Shown here: positions 63,174-64,000 of the stretch, in pieces
How the letters are laid out: every line of letters begins with the position of its first letter
Numbering within the stretch: position 1 is the stretch's first letter
Assembly (NCBI RefSeq): GCF_036365525.1
Contig: NC_090412.1
Span: forward strand, 6,676,123-6,740,122
Length of the DNA: 64,000 nt
Source: Heterodontus francisci
Lineage: Eukaryota
Direction of reading: 5' to 3'
Position numbers and translations under genes: made by a program
The notes under the pieces: generated by a model
The model's database searches: none
The model's input: only the letters and a program-made list of their open reading frames with translations
Told to the model about the DNA's origin: nothing

Positions 63174-64000
63174 GTAAGAACATTGCAGTAAACATAGCGA
63201 ATACGGTCATTTACCGAGAAACAGCAGGATTCCAATAACTATGGGGACTTGTATATTGTATGCAAGAATCTTGGGCCATCGTGCCTGTGCTGGCTCTCTG
63301 AAAGCGTAGCCAATTAGTCCCACCCTCCTGCTCTTTCCCCATAGCCCAGCGGACTTTTTCATTTCAAATACATATCGAATTCCCTTTTGAAAGTTACTAT
63401 CAAACCTTCCACCGTCCTTTCGTAGAATCATGAAATAGTTACAGCGCAGAAGGAGGCCATTGGGCCAGTCGAGCACTTGATGGCTCTCTGCAAGAGCAAG
63501 TTAACTAGTCCCGTGGCCCTGCCCTTTCCCCATAGCCCTGCACATCTTTCTCTTTCAGGTGCATATCCGATTCCCTTTTGAAAGCCATGATTGAATCTCC
63601 CTCCACTACCCTTAGTGCGTTCCTCATCCTAACTATTCTTCGTTAAAAACAAAATCTCCTCCTCTTCCCTCTGGTTCTTTTGCCAATTCTGGTAAATCCG
63701 TGTCCTCTGGTTACCAATCCACCCACCACTGGAAACCGTTTCTCCCTAGCTATTCTTATCCAAGCCCCATATATTATTAAACGCATTTATTAAATCTCCT
63801 CTTAACCACCTCTACTCTTAGGAGAATAATCCCTGTTTCTCTGAGTCAAACTAAAATGTAATGTCGTAGGGACAGGGACCTTGGAAATCTGTGTGAAAAT
63901 GAGACGAGGGTTTCTAATGCTACTTTGAAATTGTTCTGATTTAAGTCTAAGATGTAATGGGATGTATGAAAGGAACCAGGCTTTACAGATATATTTTTCA

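Noticed and set aside
1-64000. CRISPR arrays, operons or other prokaryotic systems
   Set aside because: The sequence is a spliced vertebrate gene with interspersed repeats; there is no regularly spaced repeat-spacer array or dense coding.

Overview
Eukaryotic genomic DNA, almost certainly from a shark or ray: the repeats include HE1-type tRNA SINEs, Deu-domain SINEs, CR1/L2/RTE LINEs and Penelope elements. The + strand carries 19 consecutive GT-AG coding exons of cadherin-23 (CDH23) at 25072-63173. They splice into one open frame of 3336 nt (1112 codons), about the end of EC15 to the start of EC26, matching human exons 39-57 (numbering and exon sizes recalled from memory). Bases 1-25071 are the 3' part of the large preceding intron, which in mammals hosts the antisense nested gene VSIR (VISTA). 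A minus-strand signal-peptide exon at 12995-13073 fits VSIR. A second minus-strand exon (19243-19353) would splice in frame onto it and add an N-terminal MGxxxS extension. Several short Penelope-derived insertions carry minimal hammerhead-ribozyme cores, one as a 100-bp-arm palindrome with a 14-bp target duplication. Nearly all ORFs in the supplied track are repeat-derived or spurious. No prokaryotic systems, CRISPR arrays, rRNA genes or true tRNA genes were seen. Repeat boundaries are approximate and family names come from pattern recognition, not a database search.
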